From positions 8,579,084-8,643,083 of the forward strand of contig MU054212.1 in assembly GCA_013239625.1 (NCBI GenBank): a stretch of DNA of 64,000 nucleotides, given 5' to 3'. This DNA is from Lama guanicoe. Its lineage: Eukaryota. The notes below the pieces were generated by a model. That model did not search any database, had not been told where the DNA came from, and saw only the letters and a list, made by a program, of their open reading frames with translations. A program made the translations under genes and the position numbers. Shown piece after piece: positions 48,304-61,789 of the stretch. How positions within the stretch are numbered: position 1 is the first letter of the stretch; every line of letters begins with the position of its first letter.

Positions 48304-48724
48304 GGACCATCAGCTTCCTCGCCCTTGCCGTACCTGTCACCACCCACAAACATACCCATTTCCCTCCCCCTCCTGCCAGGCTGCCCACAGTGGTGCCACA
48401 CCTGTGGGGCTGCTGGGAGGCCCCCCGCTGGGTGCTGCTCTCCAGTGAAGGAACCTCTCCACCTCGGCCCCCAGGGCCTGACAGCTGTCACACTGGTGCC
48501 CCTGCAGTGAACCCGTCTCCGGCAAATTGGGTACAAGGTGGCAAATTGGGCTCTGTCCCTGAAATATATTCTATACTATACAAACATTAAAAGTGCCCAC
48601 AACAGTACATTAAAATAACATATAAACATATGTTTTGACAAACATTTGTTAAATTTAATGTTTCATGTACAAGCCACCATGAATATTGTCTTAGGCAGAT
48701 TTTTTGCCTAGACCAAACCGGCTC

Positions 48725-48747
48725 ATTATTATTATTATTATTATTAT

Positions 48748-48778
<31 letters not shown>
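48725..48778. repeat. Compound microsatellite (ATT)8(AGT)10
   Basis: Seen directly. Confidence 0.95.
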
Positions 48779-48779
<1 letters not shown>

Positions 48780-48855
48780 TTACTTTATTTAAAGGAAATA
48801 CAGAAAAGTTTTTCTTCACTTCTTCTTCTCATTCCCTTCCTCTCAATTCAATCTT

Positions 48856-49011
48856 TTTTTTCTCTCTTTCTCTCTCTTTTTTTTTTTTTTTGGGTGGGGA
48901 GGGGTAATTAGGTTTTTTTGTTTACTTACTCTTACAGGAGGTACTGGGGATTGAACCCGGGACTTCATGCATGCTAAGCATGAACTCTACCACTTAAGCT
49001 ATACCCTCCCC
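48856..49011 (-). mobile_element. tRNA-Ala-derived SINE (long form)
   Basis: Reverse complement ggggagggtatagcttaagtggtagagttcatgcttagcatgcatgaagtcccgggttcaatccccagtacctcc; TSD tcaattcaatctt at 48843-48855 and 49015-49027. Confidence 0.9.
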
Positions 49012-49721
49012 TCTTCAATTCAATCTTAAAGCCATCAGTTGGGGCAGAGCAAGGTGGGAGGAGTCATGGTGGCTCTGGGCAGCATGTGAAAGCCCAATGG
49101 GGGTCAGGAGAAGGCCTGGTGGGGGGCAACACAGCACAGGATTTCTGAGCCCAGGTGAGGTGAGGGGACATCAGCACGGGGGAGGGGAGTCTGAGGTGGC
49201 AGCTTGGCTACATACTGAGGGATTAGTCACACATGTAGATATATTAATGGTAATGGAAGCCAGAATTCTCACCGACAGAAAAGAGAGTTACAAATAAGGA
49301 AGGAGAAAATAAAATGAACCCTGTGGTGCTGAAACTGACAGCGTCAGTGTGAACTCATGCTGTCATACATATAGACAGGAATAAAGACAGAAACACAGAT
49401 GCAAATGTTTGTACGCATGTGCATAAAAGGACATACATATATTCCCTAACTCTGGCCACACCTGGAAGCAGAAGCACCCTAAAAGCAATGAGCACACTTA
49501 GCTCCCAGGTCTTGGTTCTTAAATACCATTCCCAACTGAAAGAAACCAGGGCTCCTTGGAGAAACAGCTGATTCCAGGGCTGGGCAGGGAACCTACAAGG
49601 TCAGCCTGAGATATCTCATTGTGCCAAAGTAGGAAAGCTCAGAGAACAAGAGGGATATTTCAAAGGGACTCTGGCCTATCGACCAAATCCGAGACAATTT
49701 TAGCATCAGAACAGGTGATAG

Positions 49722-50230
49722 TGTCAATGCCTATAGCTGAGCCTCTTGCGTTTATTTCTCACGACAGTGTGGGTGAACGCACAGCATAGGGAACCGTGGG
49801 GTACCTCAACGAGAGGATGTCAGCAAGAAACTATCATAGGGTCGGCATTTTGTTTGGAAGGCTTTGGGGAGAGTCCAAGAACATTGGGTTCACCCTGGAT
49901 TGCACAATGTCAGAAAACGGAGACGTTTCTATGACTGGGTGCCTCAATACATCTTATCCATAGGGAGGGCAGATCGGAGTGGGGATAAAGCTGCAATAGT
50001 CAGGGAGAAGCAGGCACTCACGTTAACTGATAGAGAGGGATACCTGGTATTTCGTGGGTTGCATCTTGTTTTTGTTGGTGCCTAGACTGAATTATGAAGT
50101 GGCCTTGTTTTGCCTCAATTTGCTATGGTCTCAGAGTGACTTTGTCTGATGTTGGTGCTCTGTGAGTCAGTCTGTGTCCAGCAGAAGAGTATACACAGCC
50201 TGGCTGTGAGCACCAGGACAGCTTTGAACA
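49722..50230 (-). mobile_element. Old ERV1 LTR (MER89/MER90-like)
   Basis: tgtcaa...tgaaca termini; gggaaccgtggggtacctc and ggccttgttttg...ggtctcagagtgac blocks resemble the 39901 element. Confidence 0.6.
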
Positions 50231-50389
50231 GTGACGCCCAGCTGTAAGCGTTAGACCAGTTCCCAGATCTTGGAGTGCCTCTTTCTTTCTCAGCAATAAT
50301 GGCTTCTAACTCATGGGACAAAATAAGAATCTATGAACCCATAAAGATACAAAGTAATTAATTAATTAAATTACAAAAATGATGAGAAA

Positions 50390-51203
50390 AATTTTTTTAA
50401 TTAATAGATTTTGTTTTAGGGCAGGGTTAGGGTTAGAGAAAAATAGAACACAAAGTACAGAGTTCCTGTATATTTCACACACACACATACACACACACAT
50501 ACACAGTTTCCACTATTATTAACATCTTGCATCAGTGAGGTACGTTTGTTACAATTTACGAGGCAAAACTGACTCATAAACCAAAGCCTATAGTTTACAT
50601 TACAGTTCACTCTTTGTGTTGTGCATTCTATGGGTTTTGACAAGTGTGTAATAAATATATCCACTGTTACAGCATCATGCAGAATAGTTTTAGTGCCCTA
50701 AAAATCCCCTGTGCTCCATCTATTCTTCCCTCCTCCCCTCCCTCCCTCTGAACCCTGGCAACCAACCTGGTCTTTTTACTGTCTCCCTGGCTGTGCCTTC
50801 TCTGAATGTCTATACTTAGAATCATAAAATATGTATTCTTTTCAGATAGACTTCTTTCACTGGGCAATATGCATTTATGTTTCCTCCATGTCTTTTCATG
50901 ATGATAGCTCGTTTATTTTTATTGCTGAATAATACTCATTGTATGGACACACCATATGTTAATCCATTCACTTATTAAAGGGTAACTTGGTTGCTTCCAA
51001 TTTTTGGTAATTATGAATAAAGCCTGTTATAAGCATTTGTGTGCAGGTTTTTGTGTGGATATGTTTTCAGCTCATTTGGGTAGATACCAAGGAGTGCAAT
51101 CATCAGACTGTATAGTCGGCCTATGTTTAGTTTTGTAAGGAACTGCCAGACTGTCCTCTAAAGTGGTCGCACCATTTTACATTCCCACTAGCAATGAATG
51201 AGA
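50390..51203 (-). mobile_element. L1MC-like 3' end
   Basis: aaagtacagagttcc...cagaatagttttagtgccctaaaaatcccctgtgctcc...ttttacattcccactagcaatg. Confidence 0.85.
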
Positions 51204-51769
51204 CATGGTAATTATATGTACTGTGATGTTGTAGACGGGATCTTGGAGCAGAAAAGAGCAAACACTAAGGGAATCTGAATAGAGCATGGACTTCAGTTAA
51301 TCATGCGTCAGTATTGATGCTTCAGTTGTAACAAATGTGTATCACGGCAGTATAAGATGTTAAACCAGAGGACACTCAGTATAGGGGATGCTGAATTCTC
51401 TGGACTGTCTTTGAAATTTTTTTTTGTAAATTTAAAGCCATTCTAAAATTTAAAGTTTATTTAAACATTTTTAAAACAAATGTCAGAATATCACCATTTT
51501 GCGATACCCCAATGAGTGAACATAGACATTAAGCAGCAGTGACTACTATGATCACAAAAAGAGAATCAGCCAGACATCCTGTGTCTCCTGCTATCTTGCC
51601 AAAAGAATTAAACTTGAGTCTGGTCCAGTTTCTGGCTCCAACTGCCAGTTTGCAGGAAACGCAGACGACAGAGGAACATGGTGCTTTGCACCATGACCAG
51701 CAGAATCCACTCTATCCTATCAATAATGAAAGAAAACTCCAGAATGAAAAACTAGGAAAGAGAATGTAG

Positions 51770-52680
51770 CGACATAGGAAAAAATACCCCAACATCACCA
51801 TCTATTTTTAAAGACTAGAAAGAAAGAAGAGATTCAAAAATTAAAATAAAAAAGAAGAGTCAAAATTAGTTTCATTCGGAGATGATATAGATGGGTACCT
51901 GGAGAAGCCAAGACAATCAACTGAAAAGTATTAGAAATAAAAGAATTTAACAAACTGGATTAAAAATAGTAAACAAAATTCTTGCTTTTCTACATACAAC
52001 AATAACTAGTCAGCAAACATAACAGAATAAAAGATTCCATTTCAAAATGACATAAAGCAAAGTAAAAATTGCTAAGAATAAGATTATTAAAAATGTGCAG
52101 GATGTGGAAAAATTTTAAACTCTATTGACAAAACTGAAAGGATAATGGGATAGATGGAAAGACATACCCTGTTCAAGACAGGAAAATCTACCATATAAAA
52201 GTGTCAGTTCCCCCTAATTTTATTTAGTTTAATGTGTTCCCAATAAAAATAGCACCAGCTCAACATCCAAATAACAGGAATTTCAGAAAGAAAGAACCAA
52301 GAACATGGTAGGAAAAAAAATTATCAAAGAAAAATACAATTTGCCCGAGCAAAACATTCTAGGTTAAAAGAGCCTTTTGAACTCTCAGTACAATAAATAA
52401 AGAAGAGAAAAAAAAGACCCACACCAAGGCATATGATTAAGAAATTATAGAACAAAAGTAATGAAAGAAAGAAGCTCTTAGAAACTTGCAGAAAGGGAGA
52501 AAAACAGATTATAATCAAGCCAGGATCAGGACTCTGAAAGGCATCAGAGCTCTCAGAAACCAACCTTAACTAGAAGACATCAGTGGAAAAACCTCTTCAC
52601 AATTCTAAGGAAAAAGAATTTCTATTTTATAATTAATATCCAGCTGAGTAACACTTACGTATGGGGATAAAACAGTGACT
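51770..52680 (+). mobile_element. Very old L1 (L1ME-like) ORF2 and ORF1 fragments
   Basis: ttcggagatgatata (decayed FADD), atggaaagacataccctgttca; later cccacaccaaggcatat. Confidence 0.6.
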
Positions 52681-52709
52681 TTCTCTTAATGCTTTCCTCA
52701 TTTAAAAAA

Positions 52710-53185
52710 AAAAAAAACTATGGTGGAGAAACTCAAACATATTTAAAAGTAGAGGAGACAATAGGTTAATGAACTCCCATCTACCTAATACCCAGATTCC
52801 ACAATTATCAGATCAATCTTGCTTCATCTAATCCTACCACATTTCCCCCTCCTCTCCTATCCGTGTGTCTCTCTAAGAGATAAAGACTTTAAAATATAAG
52901 AATAATGTCATTATTACATCAAAAATAAAATGGAACAGCATCATCAGATGTCCAGTGTTCAAACTGCCTATTGCTTCATAAATGTCACACACTTTTTAGA
53001 ATCAAGATCCGTATAAGGTCCACACATTGTAAATTGTTTGTTTTCTAAATCTTTTAATCTCTCACTCTCTCCTCTATCATTTTCTGTGAAAATTATCTTC
53101 CTGCAAATGCTTTCTTCCCCCTTGAAATGTTTTTGTTGAAGAAAGCGGGTTGCGTGACCTGTAATGTTGCCCGTGTTCTAGATTA
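52710..53185 (-). mobile_element. L1MC4/5-like 3' end
   Basis: tcaaacatatttaaaagtagag...atcaagatcc..ataaggtccacacattg. Confidence 0.65.
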
Positions 53186-55479
53186 CTTTGCTGATGACAG
53201 TAATCCCCTCTGTCCTCTCTAGTTCCTGAATATTGGTATTTGGACCCAGAAGAGAACAAGGACTTCCCTTGACATGCTTCCCCAGGAAGCTAATGAGGAT
53301 GCATTCCACTAGAACCGTGGACAGACCAAAGACCTGGGGTCCAGCCAGTAGAGGCACAGATGACTTCCCAGATGACATGGAGGTCAGTCTCGGAGGATGT
53401 GGAGGTGATTCTCGGACGACTGCTGTTTAACGGACACAAGGAGCAAAGCCTTGGCTGAATCAGGAGAAGACTGAGAGTTCCAAGAAGGCCTCCAAGAAAA
53501 AACTGAAATTGTTGTTACACCTGATGTGTTTAATCATGCTGACAGCAGACTTTTAATTCTATAGCAGAGTTTAGGACTAGTCATATAGGAGACAAAGAAA
53601 TAGAAAAAATATCATCATAGAAGAACAGAAACATAAGCATAGTCCACTGCTGGTTCAGCCACGAATAATATTTACCCCGTCATAATAATGCAAATGCTGA
53701 ATATTGATTTAATTTAGAAGAGCCATATAATTCTCTTGAGAGGAGAGAGGGGAAGAGGCTTCAAGGGGAGTCAGATCTTACTCTTGCCAGGAAAGCCCAT
53801 CTTATAGTACTTATTACTGGAATGAGATTGAATTCAGCAAAGATTCTGTTCCTATTTGTCGTCTTCATTGATGTAAGTACCCTTATTCATATAAATAAGT
53901 AGGTGGGAGTGGGAGGAGATTTGTTACAGCATTTCAATTCTTTGAACACCTTCCAATTTTATGTCAAAACTCACAAAGGAAGATATCATCAAATAATTGA
54001 AATTTAAAACTTAAAAAAATTTCCTGTGACAGTAATACTCCACGTGTTCACACACTTCTTAATTAAATTTAGTTTTCTGGATGGGATTCAGATTACAATG
54101 ATTAATAATAGTTATTTTATCAAAATGATGTATCATTCTATGCATTATAAATTTTGATAAGCAATTATTAAACATTGAAGAATTAAGACATGCACTTCCA
54201 AAATGTTATTTTCAATTATTTGCTTTCCAAAAAATGGAAGCAGGCATTGTGGTCACAGGAAAATTTTTAGTCTTTCATTGCAACGATCATTCATACTCTT
54301 TATTACAAAGAAGTGTATCTGGTGATGAATGCAGCTTAAGTATTTTATAGTAGGACAAAGTTATTGGGAATACAGAAAGGAATAGGGTGCTGGTTGCTGG
54401 GGGTTAGGGGCTAGGGCTTGAAGCTGGAGACCCAGGATCTAGGAACCAGATGTTCTGAGAGGTAGAGGTAAGGGATTCAAGGCTGGGGACTAGTGTCTTG
54501 GAGTAACCCCTCTCTGCACCCACTCTCCCTACCCAGGACCCCAGGACCCAGTTTCTTCTCCATATGCTTTTAAAAAACAGCTCTGGAAAAAAGACATTGT
54601 TCTATTTTGTCATTATGCGCATCATTTTTTCAATGTGTTCCATTTTTCCATTATCCCTTCCAAATGCTGAGAGCATGTAACCATCACAAGAACCCTCTTG
54701 CTCTTCAAATGGGACTTGGGGCAGCAATGCCCTGTGAGGAGGCCTTTACACCCACCTGCTAAGGATCAAAACCCAGTGAAGCAGGTGTTTTATGAGCCCA
54801 GGGCCATGTGTCTCCTGGCAGGTCTCCTCCATTCCCCTCAAGACAAGGGACCTGAACAGGAACACCAAGAGCACCTGACTATTACAACCCAGGGTTTCCA
54901 AACTGGGCTCTCAGAACCTCACGGGGAACCTAGAGGTCGGCTCCCTTCTCTGACCCAGAAGTGCTGACCTCTTTCTGGAAGATCATAGGGAAACGGAAAT
55001 GTTAGGATGCTGGGAAACAGAAATTGGCCCAAGGGTTTCTCCCACCATTTATTCCCTATCAAAATGCAGAACTAATTAAATAGACAGCATTTTCTAATAA
55101 TAACTCAATGTTAGCAATGCCGCTTTAGCAAAATATAATCTGTCATTAAATTACTGTTTTTAATTTGAGTTTTGTTGGCTTTATCGTTGAAAATTTATTT
55201 TGGTTTTATATAGCTATAGGCATATGTTATATGTCTGCACTTAGTATAAAAATAATTTAAATTCACACAGGGGGTCTGCTAGTTTCTTTTTGTTTGAATG
55301 GGGTCCGTTCTTAGCTCAAATTTGAAAAACACTCCTTTAATGTATTGTCATGAGAGAATAAGCAGAGATGCTGTAAAGAGAAAAGTAAAGCCAGACCTGG
55401 CTCAGACACGCTCAGCGCAGGTGCTGCCTCAGAGAGGGGCTGCAAAGTGGACAGAGGGTGTTCCTGGGGGGCCTGTGGG

Positions 55480-55900
55480 TTGGGTATGGGAGGGTTGTTC
55501 TGGGAATGTATAAGGGGGTAACTGAGCCATCACCCTGCCATGCTCAGGGCTCTCAGCTGCTATTGACAAAACCCCCAACTCAGACCCAAAGGGAATGTCC
55601 TGGCTTCAGGAGTGACCCATGCCAGCTGGAGTCTTGGGATATACTCATCATCCTTCCCTCCTGTGTCCTACTGCCCTCTGCATCTTAGCTCCATTCTGGA
55701 TACCCCCATGGGGGATGGAAGCAAAGCCCCAGTTTAACATCTTCCCAGCTTGGCAACCTCAACAGAAGAAACCTTATTTCTGCCACTGTCCATGTATCAG
55801 GCTCAGCCATGTGGACCAGCCTGTGTCCAGGGAATGGCCCAGGCCTGAATCCTGTGCCCACCTATGGCCAAGAAGACAGGCTGGCACTACCAAGAGGGCA
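55480..55900 (-). mobile_element. Old MLT1 (MaLR) LTR fragment
   Basis: gacaaaacccccaactcagac...ggcccaggcctgaatcctgtgcccacc. Confidence 0.45.
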
Positions 55901-56046
55901 TGAAGGGGAGACTATGCTGGCCAAAGGCAATAGCTCCATCCTTCTCCATCCCAGGCATCCCAGGGTGCCTGCTGAGCAGTGTTGCTATAAACCCCAGAAC
56001 TCAGCAACGCCAAGTCCTGGCAGAAGGAGTGGTGCCCTGTGGAAGG

Positions 56047-56394
56047 GTTAAAGGAAAAATTATTATGACACTTGTTAAAGCAGTAAGGAAGACTTTTATT
56101 CAAGACTTTGCAATAAGAGAGAGAGATAAGGCTCAACTCTGTATCTGGCAAACACAGTGGGGGTTTAGAGCCAAGGAGCAGGGTGAGGGGCCAGTGGATG
56201 GAAAATTACTAAGCAGAGACGTCAAAGGTTGGAGGTGAAGAACTTGATCAGATATCAAGGGTAGAGTGTTCTTTCTAAAGTGACTTCATGAGGACTCCAC
56301 AAGGATGGACTCAGAAGGCCAAGGTTAAGGCCTACTTGAGAAGAGGGCTTACAGGAGCCTAGCTAACATTTGGTAAAGGGGACAGCCTTCATCA
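56047..56394 (-). mobile_element. MER31/MER67-like ERV1 solo LTR
   Basis: Antisense homology to 47870-48303 (ttaaaggaaaaatta...tgatcagatatcaaggg...ggagcct.gctaa..tttggt..agg...tca). Confidence 0.7.
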
Positions 56395-56544
56395 GAAGGG
56401 CTGCTACACTGGTGCTTGTGGAAGAGAAGGTCAGCGGAGAGGAACTTCTGGTCTCCAAGGTGGGAGGCAACATCAGCTGCAAGGATGTGTTCCTGGGCAA
56501 GAACATCCCCACGGAGGTCTTGGGGCTGCCCTGGGGGGTGGGGG

Positions 56545-57098
56545 TGTAGGAGAGGGAAAATAAGTTTCCTTCTACCTTCCTAGGTTCTGTGAGGCTCCCC
56601 TATGATAAAAGACAGATTAACAAGAGAAAAAACAAATCAAAGTTTCATAACATGGATACCTCCTATATACTGGGGGACACCCAGGAAAAAAGCAAACTCA
56701 CTGAAATGGCCCAAACCATCACTTTAAATATCATCTTCCCCTAAAGGCAAAAGAAAGATGCTGGCAGGTGGGGAGGCTTATTTTGGGAGGTGATGAAGAA
56801 AAGCACAGTAAACATGGGTAAGGTTGTCATTCAGATTTAAGTCAGGCTCACTGATAAGAGTTTCTTGGGACTTGTCATCCTTTCCTGATACAGAGGGGGA
56901 CGTCCTTACAAATGGAGATTTCCCTCTTAAATGTAAATTTCTTTTACCAAAGAGTAAATTTGATTCTGTTTTTGGAGCTTTATCTTTATTCTATGCTGTT
57001 TTTAGAGCTGTGTCTGCTTTATCTCAAAAATAATCCGTTCAAAATCATTCTTACACCAAAGAGGCATATTTGGGGAGATCACATTCTGCTACTCTTCA
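56545..57098 (-). mobile_element. MER34/MER39-group ERV1 solo LTR
   Basis: tgtagga...ctcttca termini; TSD-like gggg/ggga; gacagattaacaagagaaaa motif. Confidence 0.75.
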
Positions 57099-58273
57099 GG
57101 GACAACCTCTAAAAGTGTGAACTATTTAAAATGAAGGCAAAAGATTACAGCGTGCCCCTCCAAACCCATATGGGATCATTGCCTGACAAGCCTGAGGGTC
57201 ACCTGCTGCTCTAGAGAAATGTAACCTGGTTTGACATATTGTTGGCATTCTGTGGACTACTGATCATACTGTGACCTTAGGTACTGACTTAACAGACGAT
57301 TCATATGTCATAAATGGTTTCTGCCTGGTGTTAATGGTTTTCTTGCTCTGTGGACATCAGCCAGTTCTGTACCTAATTCAGCACTCTCATCTCTGCATCC
57401 TTTCCTTCACTGGCTGTATACACGGGTGTCATTTTAAACCCTTTCATTGCTTAGGCAACGGATTTGACCAAGTGTTTATCAACCAGTTTATGCAAATGCT
57501 GGAACAAAGCTCTAACAAAGGACAAAGGTCACTTACAGTAGGATCTGGGCATTCCACCAGCCGAAGAGTTAAAATACGGTGGTGTGGGGGGGTGTTGCAG
57601 GGATTTTCTGGGTCTCCGCAGGTACCAGTCTCTGCAAGGGCGGTGGGAACACTCTATTTGCATATCTCACACTTCCCTTGGTTTAGAAACTTATTGATTC
57701 AAATATGCAAAAAAGCCTGGGGCAGGGACTGAGTAGGTGTGAATGACAGCCTGATGGCTCTGCTTAGCATCAATTAGCATTTCAAAAAGTGTCAAGTTGC
57801 TGCAAGACCTCTTTTTAATTGCTGCTAAACGGAGGTTCTAAAGGGACCAAGGAACTATCTGGAGGTGCGAATCCCGAATCCCGTGCAAGAAGAAAGGTAT
57901 CCTAAGAGAAAATCAGGGGGTGGGTGAAACGGGAGAGGAGGTGGGGCTTTCACCGTAAGTATAAAAGGGCACTTATTTCAGGGGATTTCAGAATCTGTAA
58001 AGCTTGATTCTTGAGTTTTCCATTCAGTGGAACCTTGGCCCCCAGGCTGGCCACTTGCCTTTAACATCTGCGTGGATAACGCAGAGACAATGCCAAACAC
58101 TAAGGAAAAAAAGATGCTTTTCTGTTCCTCTGCTGTCATTTTATTGTGTGCTTTTAAAGGAAATAGAGCCCATCACCATAACATCACTCCCTTTCCATTA
58201 CTGAGGATATTTTCCCTTCGAGCAGCCAAGGGTAGGAGGGGCCAGGAGTGGAAGAGCTGGACGACTTCCCCGG

Positions 58274-58690
58274 TGTGGAAATAAACAAAGACTCCCCGAA
58301 CTAGAACCGGCAGGGGCTATTTACTCAGAGCCAGCTATGGCAAGGGAGTCAGTCAGCCACCATCTCTTGTGTTTGGCAGGGACTCAAAGGCATGCAGGGG
58401 AGTGGTAAAGCTTTGCAGTGGAACAAACAGAAGGCTTCAGGTATACTGTAATTGGAGATTGTTGGCCCGGAGAAGCTGGAGGTGGGCTAACTAGAGTGGG
58501 GCGTCCTATGGGGGTGGTTTGGGGAGCCTATTTGTCTTTCTCAAGTTGGTCCTGAGTTGGGGGAGGAGTGACAAAAAAAGGCTGCAGTCACTGTCCATGT
58601 GCTGACTCTCCTGCTGCTGAGGAGGTGGGTCCGAGTTCCAACCTCGTATCTGGTCTGGTCATTGTCCACGTGTATATTCAGTCTCTCCCC
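58274..58690 (-). mobile_element. ERV1-type LTR (family uncertain)
   Basis: ctatttactcagagc..gctatggcaagggagtcag...atattcagtctctc; size and composition of an antisense LTR. Confidence 0.5.
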
Positions 58691-60797
58691 AGGGTTGTAT
58701 TTATCATCAGAACTAACATTAAGCGGGGAAAACGACGTATTCTTGGATTAAGGTAACAGCTCCTGCAAATCTGGAGCACAAATGGCAACCAATATAGGAA
58801 GACCTATTATTACACCTGAAACGGCACTCTCCTCCAAGGGTCTGAGGATACACGGCTGCCACAGTGCCTCTCCAGGGCTTCGAGCTCAACAGGCTTCTCA
58901 GTGCTCCATTAGGGGCCTCTTACTTCAACAGCACATTTGGTGGGATGCCCGTGCTGTGGCCAGACCCAGGAATGGGCGAGATGCATGCGTGGTGAAGCCA
59001 GGGACAAGGGGTGGGCAGTCATGGGGGCCTGAAAGCTGACGCTCTCCGATCAGAGCTGGAGGAAGGTCCAGTGATGAAAGACAGATCAATCAACAGAAGA
59101 AATGAACCAAGGAGAGCTTGAAAACCAGCGTAACTGCTGTCACCATGGTTCACTACGTTGGAATGGAATCTATTTCCTACTCAGAGCAACATGATGGCGA
59201 ATGGAAGACATGCTCTCAGCAGTGACGGGTCACAGCTGTCCAGAGAGACAGGCTGCCCAGAAGGAACCTCGGGTCCATTATTTGTCTTTCTCCAAGCGGA
59301 GGAACGCTATTGCTTACACTGTGCACAAAGCTGGCATCCTCGGCAGGAATATCTCACTCATCCTTCCCCAGAGCCCTTGAAGCTGGATGCCTAGGCTAGA
59401 GAGGAGACATGAGGGCAGTGGAGGCCCTTCTTGGAAACCCTGACCTGGGTGGCTTCTGTCCGCTCTACACCTGAAGGAAACCTGGCCCTTGAGACTAAGT
59501 GGGGAGAACACTGGATTTAGAGTCAGGAGTTGACCTCAGTATTGTGGTACCCTAGCTAACGCACTTAAACTCTTAACGGTTTATTTTAGGACTTGTGAAA
59601 ATTAGGGATGACATTCCTGTCTGAGCCAGGTCACACTCATTCTTCTCATCGCAATGGGATAGAAAGCCAGGACTCTGGGAGACAGACGGCAGATGAAGGG
59701 TATCTCTCTCTGACTCCCAATGAAAGACACATCCTATAAAATTCACACATTATCTGGTTACAATTTCCCCTGGATCTGGTTTGGCTCACTTGTCTTTAAG
59801 AAAAATAACAACAACAACAAAAAAAACAAAAACCAGAGAGGGCTATGAATGAAGCTGTGTCCCTGCCACATTTCCTGGGAACAAGGGATTCTGTTTTATT
59901 TCTATCTCTTTCTTTGGGGGAGAAACTCTAGGTTAAAGGTGACATCTAATGACAGTGCTCTTCCCCAATGTGGGACACAGTGAGACATGCATCCCCCTAG
60001 TCTTGACTATAAACGTTTTTCAACAAGCAAGCATAATTTTTAAACAAAGAGGGAAAATTAACAGGAAATTTGCAAAATTGTGCATACTTTTCCTTGCTGT
60101 AGATACACAGTACATGTCCTGGAAAGGAACGTATCATCCATTGTATAGTTGCTCAAGAAAAAGACAATTGTTCTATTCATCCTATCTGCTGTCAATGAGA
60201 AAGAAAAATCTCCAGCCCCAGAAAGATTTTCTCCAAGCCTTCCCAAAACAGTGCCAGAGTTTCTCTACACTCAAATGTTGCACCAGCTTGGTCTGCACTT
60301 GCATTCCAGAGACTGGGCGTGATCGGAAAAATACATCTTTCCTGTGATGAAAATGATTCTTTTCCTTGCAGACAGGGATGTGTGTTGACAGAGGAAAGAT
60401 AAGGTTCTTGATCAGGTCTGGGGGAAAGGTGGCCAGGAATAAAAGACCCAACATTCTCTTCCTACCCAAAGTGAAGCTTTTGATCTTACCAAAGGGAGAA
60501 ACATGCAGAGGAAGGGCAAGTGGCCCACAGAGCCGCGTGGGGTTGAGCCTGCAGGAGACAGGACAGTGGAGGCAGGTGTGTGCAAGCTTCTCAGTGTCCC
60601 TGCAACATCACCCCATCCTGGCCTCGGAGCTCACTCAGTCTCCTCAAAGCTGACCCCGCTGGCCACAGCCAGCCAGTTAAGGGACTGGCTCAGGGTCACT
60701 CTGACCCAGAGCCTGTGGTCATGGTTCATCTCAGTTTGCATCCTGGATAGCTGTTCCAGGAAAGAACATTTGAGGACCGATCTTTAAAAATTCTGGC

Positions 60798-60966
60798 AGG
60801 GCAGGGTACATAGCTCAGTGGTAGGGCACTGGGCCTAGCATGCACAAGGTCCTGGGCTCAATCCCCAGTACATCCATTAAGAAATAAATAAATAAACATA
60901 ATTACCTCCCCCACCCTCTAAAAATTAAAAAGTAAAAAAAATTTAAATAATAATAATTTAAAAAAG
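60798..60966 (+). mobile_element. tRNA-Ala-derived SINE (long form)
   Basis: tagctcagtggtag...tagcatgcacaaggtcctgggctcaatccccagtac...taattacctcccc + A tail. Confidence 0.9.
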
Positions 60967-61424
60967 AAGTTTGGGAGACAGCAGTATGCAGAGTTGTCCC
61001 CATGTCCTCAAGCAAAGATCCTGCCAGCCAGTGTGTCCAGTGAGTTTGAAGAAGGCAAAAAGGACCCAAGAGTCAGCCTGCAGAGCCTGCTGCCGAGCAG
61101 GAGGGCCAGTGAGGTGGCTGCTGCGGAAATACTGATTCCAGAAGCTCTTATCACCCCAGCAAATCTAGTAAGACGAAATTCAGTAGTGACAAATGTGAGG
61201 CTCCATTTATGAACTCAATGCAACAGAATCTCCAGGAAAGAAAATTAAAAATTTAACTTCTCTTGTACACTTTGATTGGAGTCTTGGTGGATTTATGCAG
61301 AATCTTGGAGCTGAGGGAAACAGAAGAAATCATCCAGCCCAAGCAGTCACAGGACAGATAAGGACGTGGACCTGGAGAAGTGATGCCATGGTGTGTGCCT
61401 GTGTTTGGTGCCATGTAAGGAGTC

Positions 61425-61560
61425 GGTATAGACCAGTGGTCAAGAGTACGAGCTTTGGCTCCAATTCTGTCACTCACATGCTGTGAAAATTTGCACAAAC
61501 CATTTAACCTCTCTGTTTCCTCATCTGAAAATAGGATAAAAAGTCAGTGATGGCTCATAG
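61425..61560 (+). mobile_element. MIR SINE
   Basis: agtggtcaagagtacgagcttt...tttaacctctctgtttcctcatctgaaaat. Confidence 0.7.
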
Positions 61561-61789
61561 CAGATTTTCAGTAAGTGTGAGATATTATTTGCATCTTGTG
61601 TTTGGTACTTTCTGGAACTCTTCACATAAATGAATATAGATATACATTTATAAATACATCTATTTGCACAAGCTATTTAACCTCTCTGTTTTTTCATCTG
61701 AGAATGGGGTAAAAAGTCAGTGTATATGTATGTGTGTGTGTACAACTGTAGGCTGAAGAAGACCAAGGATCTGACTCAGAAAAAAGTCC

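Larger units (their letters stand above)
49205..51760 (+). mobile_element. L1MD/L1MC-like 3' UTR pieces, interrupted by an LTR and an antisense L1
   Basis: aatgaaccctgtggtgctg...cagggctccttggagaaacagctgattccagggctgggcagg; resumes at about 50300 and 51205. Confidence 0.65.

Noticed and set aside
48704..48907. ORF with poly-Ile/poly-Ser
   Set aside because: Translation of the microsatellite and a SINE tail.
50423..50436. Interstitial telomeric repeat (agggttagggttag)
   Set aside because: About two units only, arising within an L1 3' end.
53900..55330. AT-rich stretches that may be an old hAT transposon or a conserved element
   Set aside because: No TIR or translatable motif recognised; cannot support either call.
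57271..57732. 153-aa ORF
   Set aside because: GTG start, no domain, no exon structure; length is attainable by chance.
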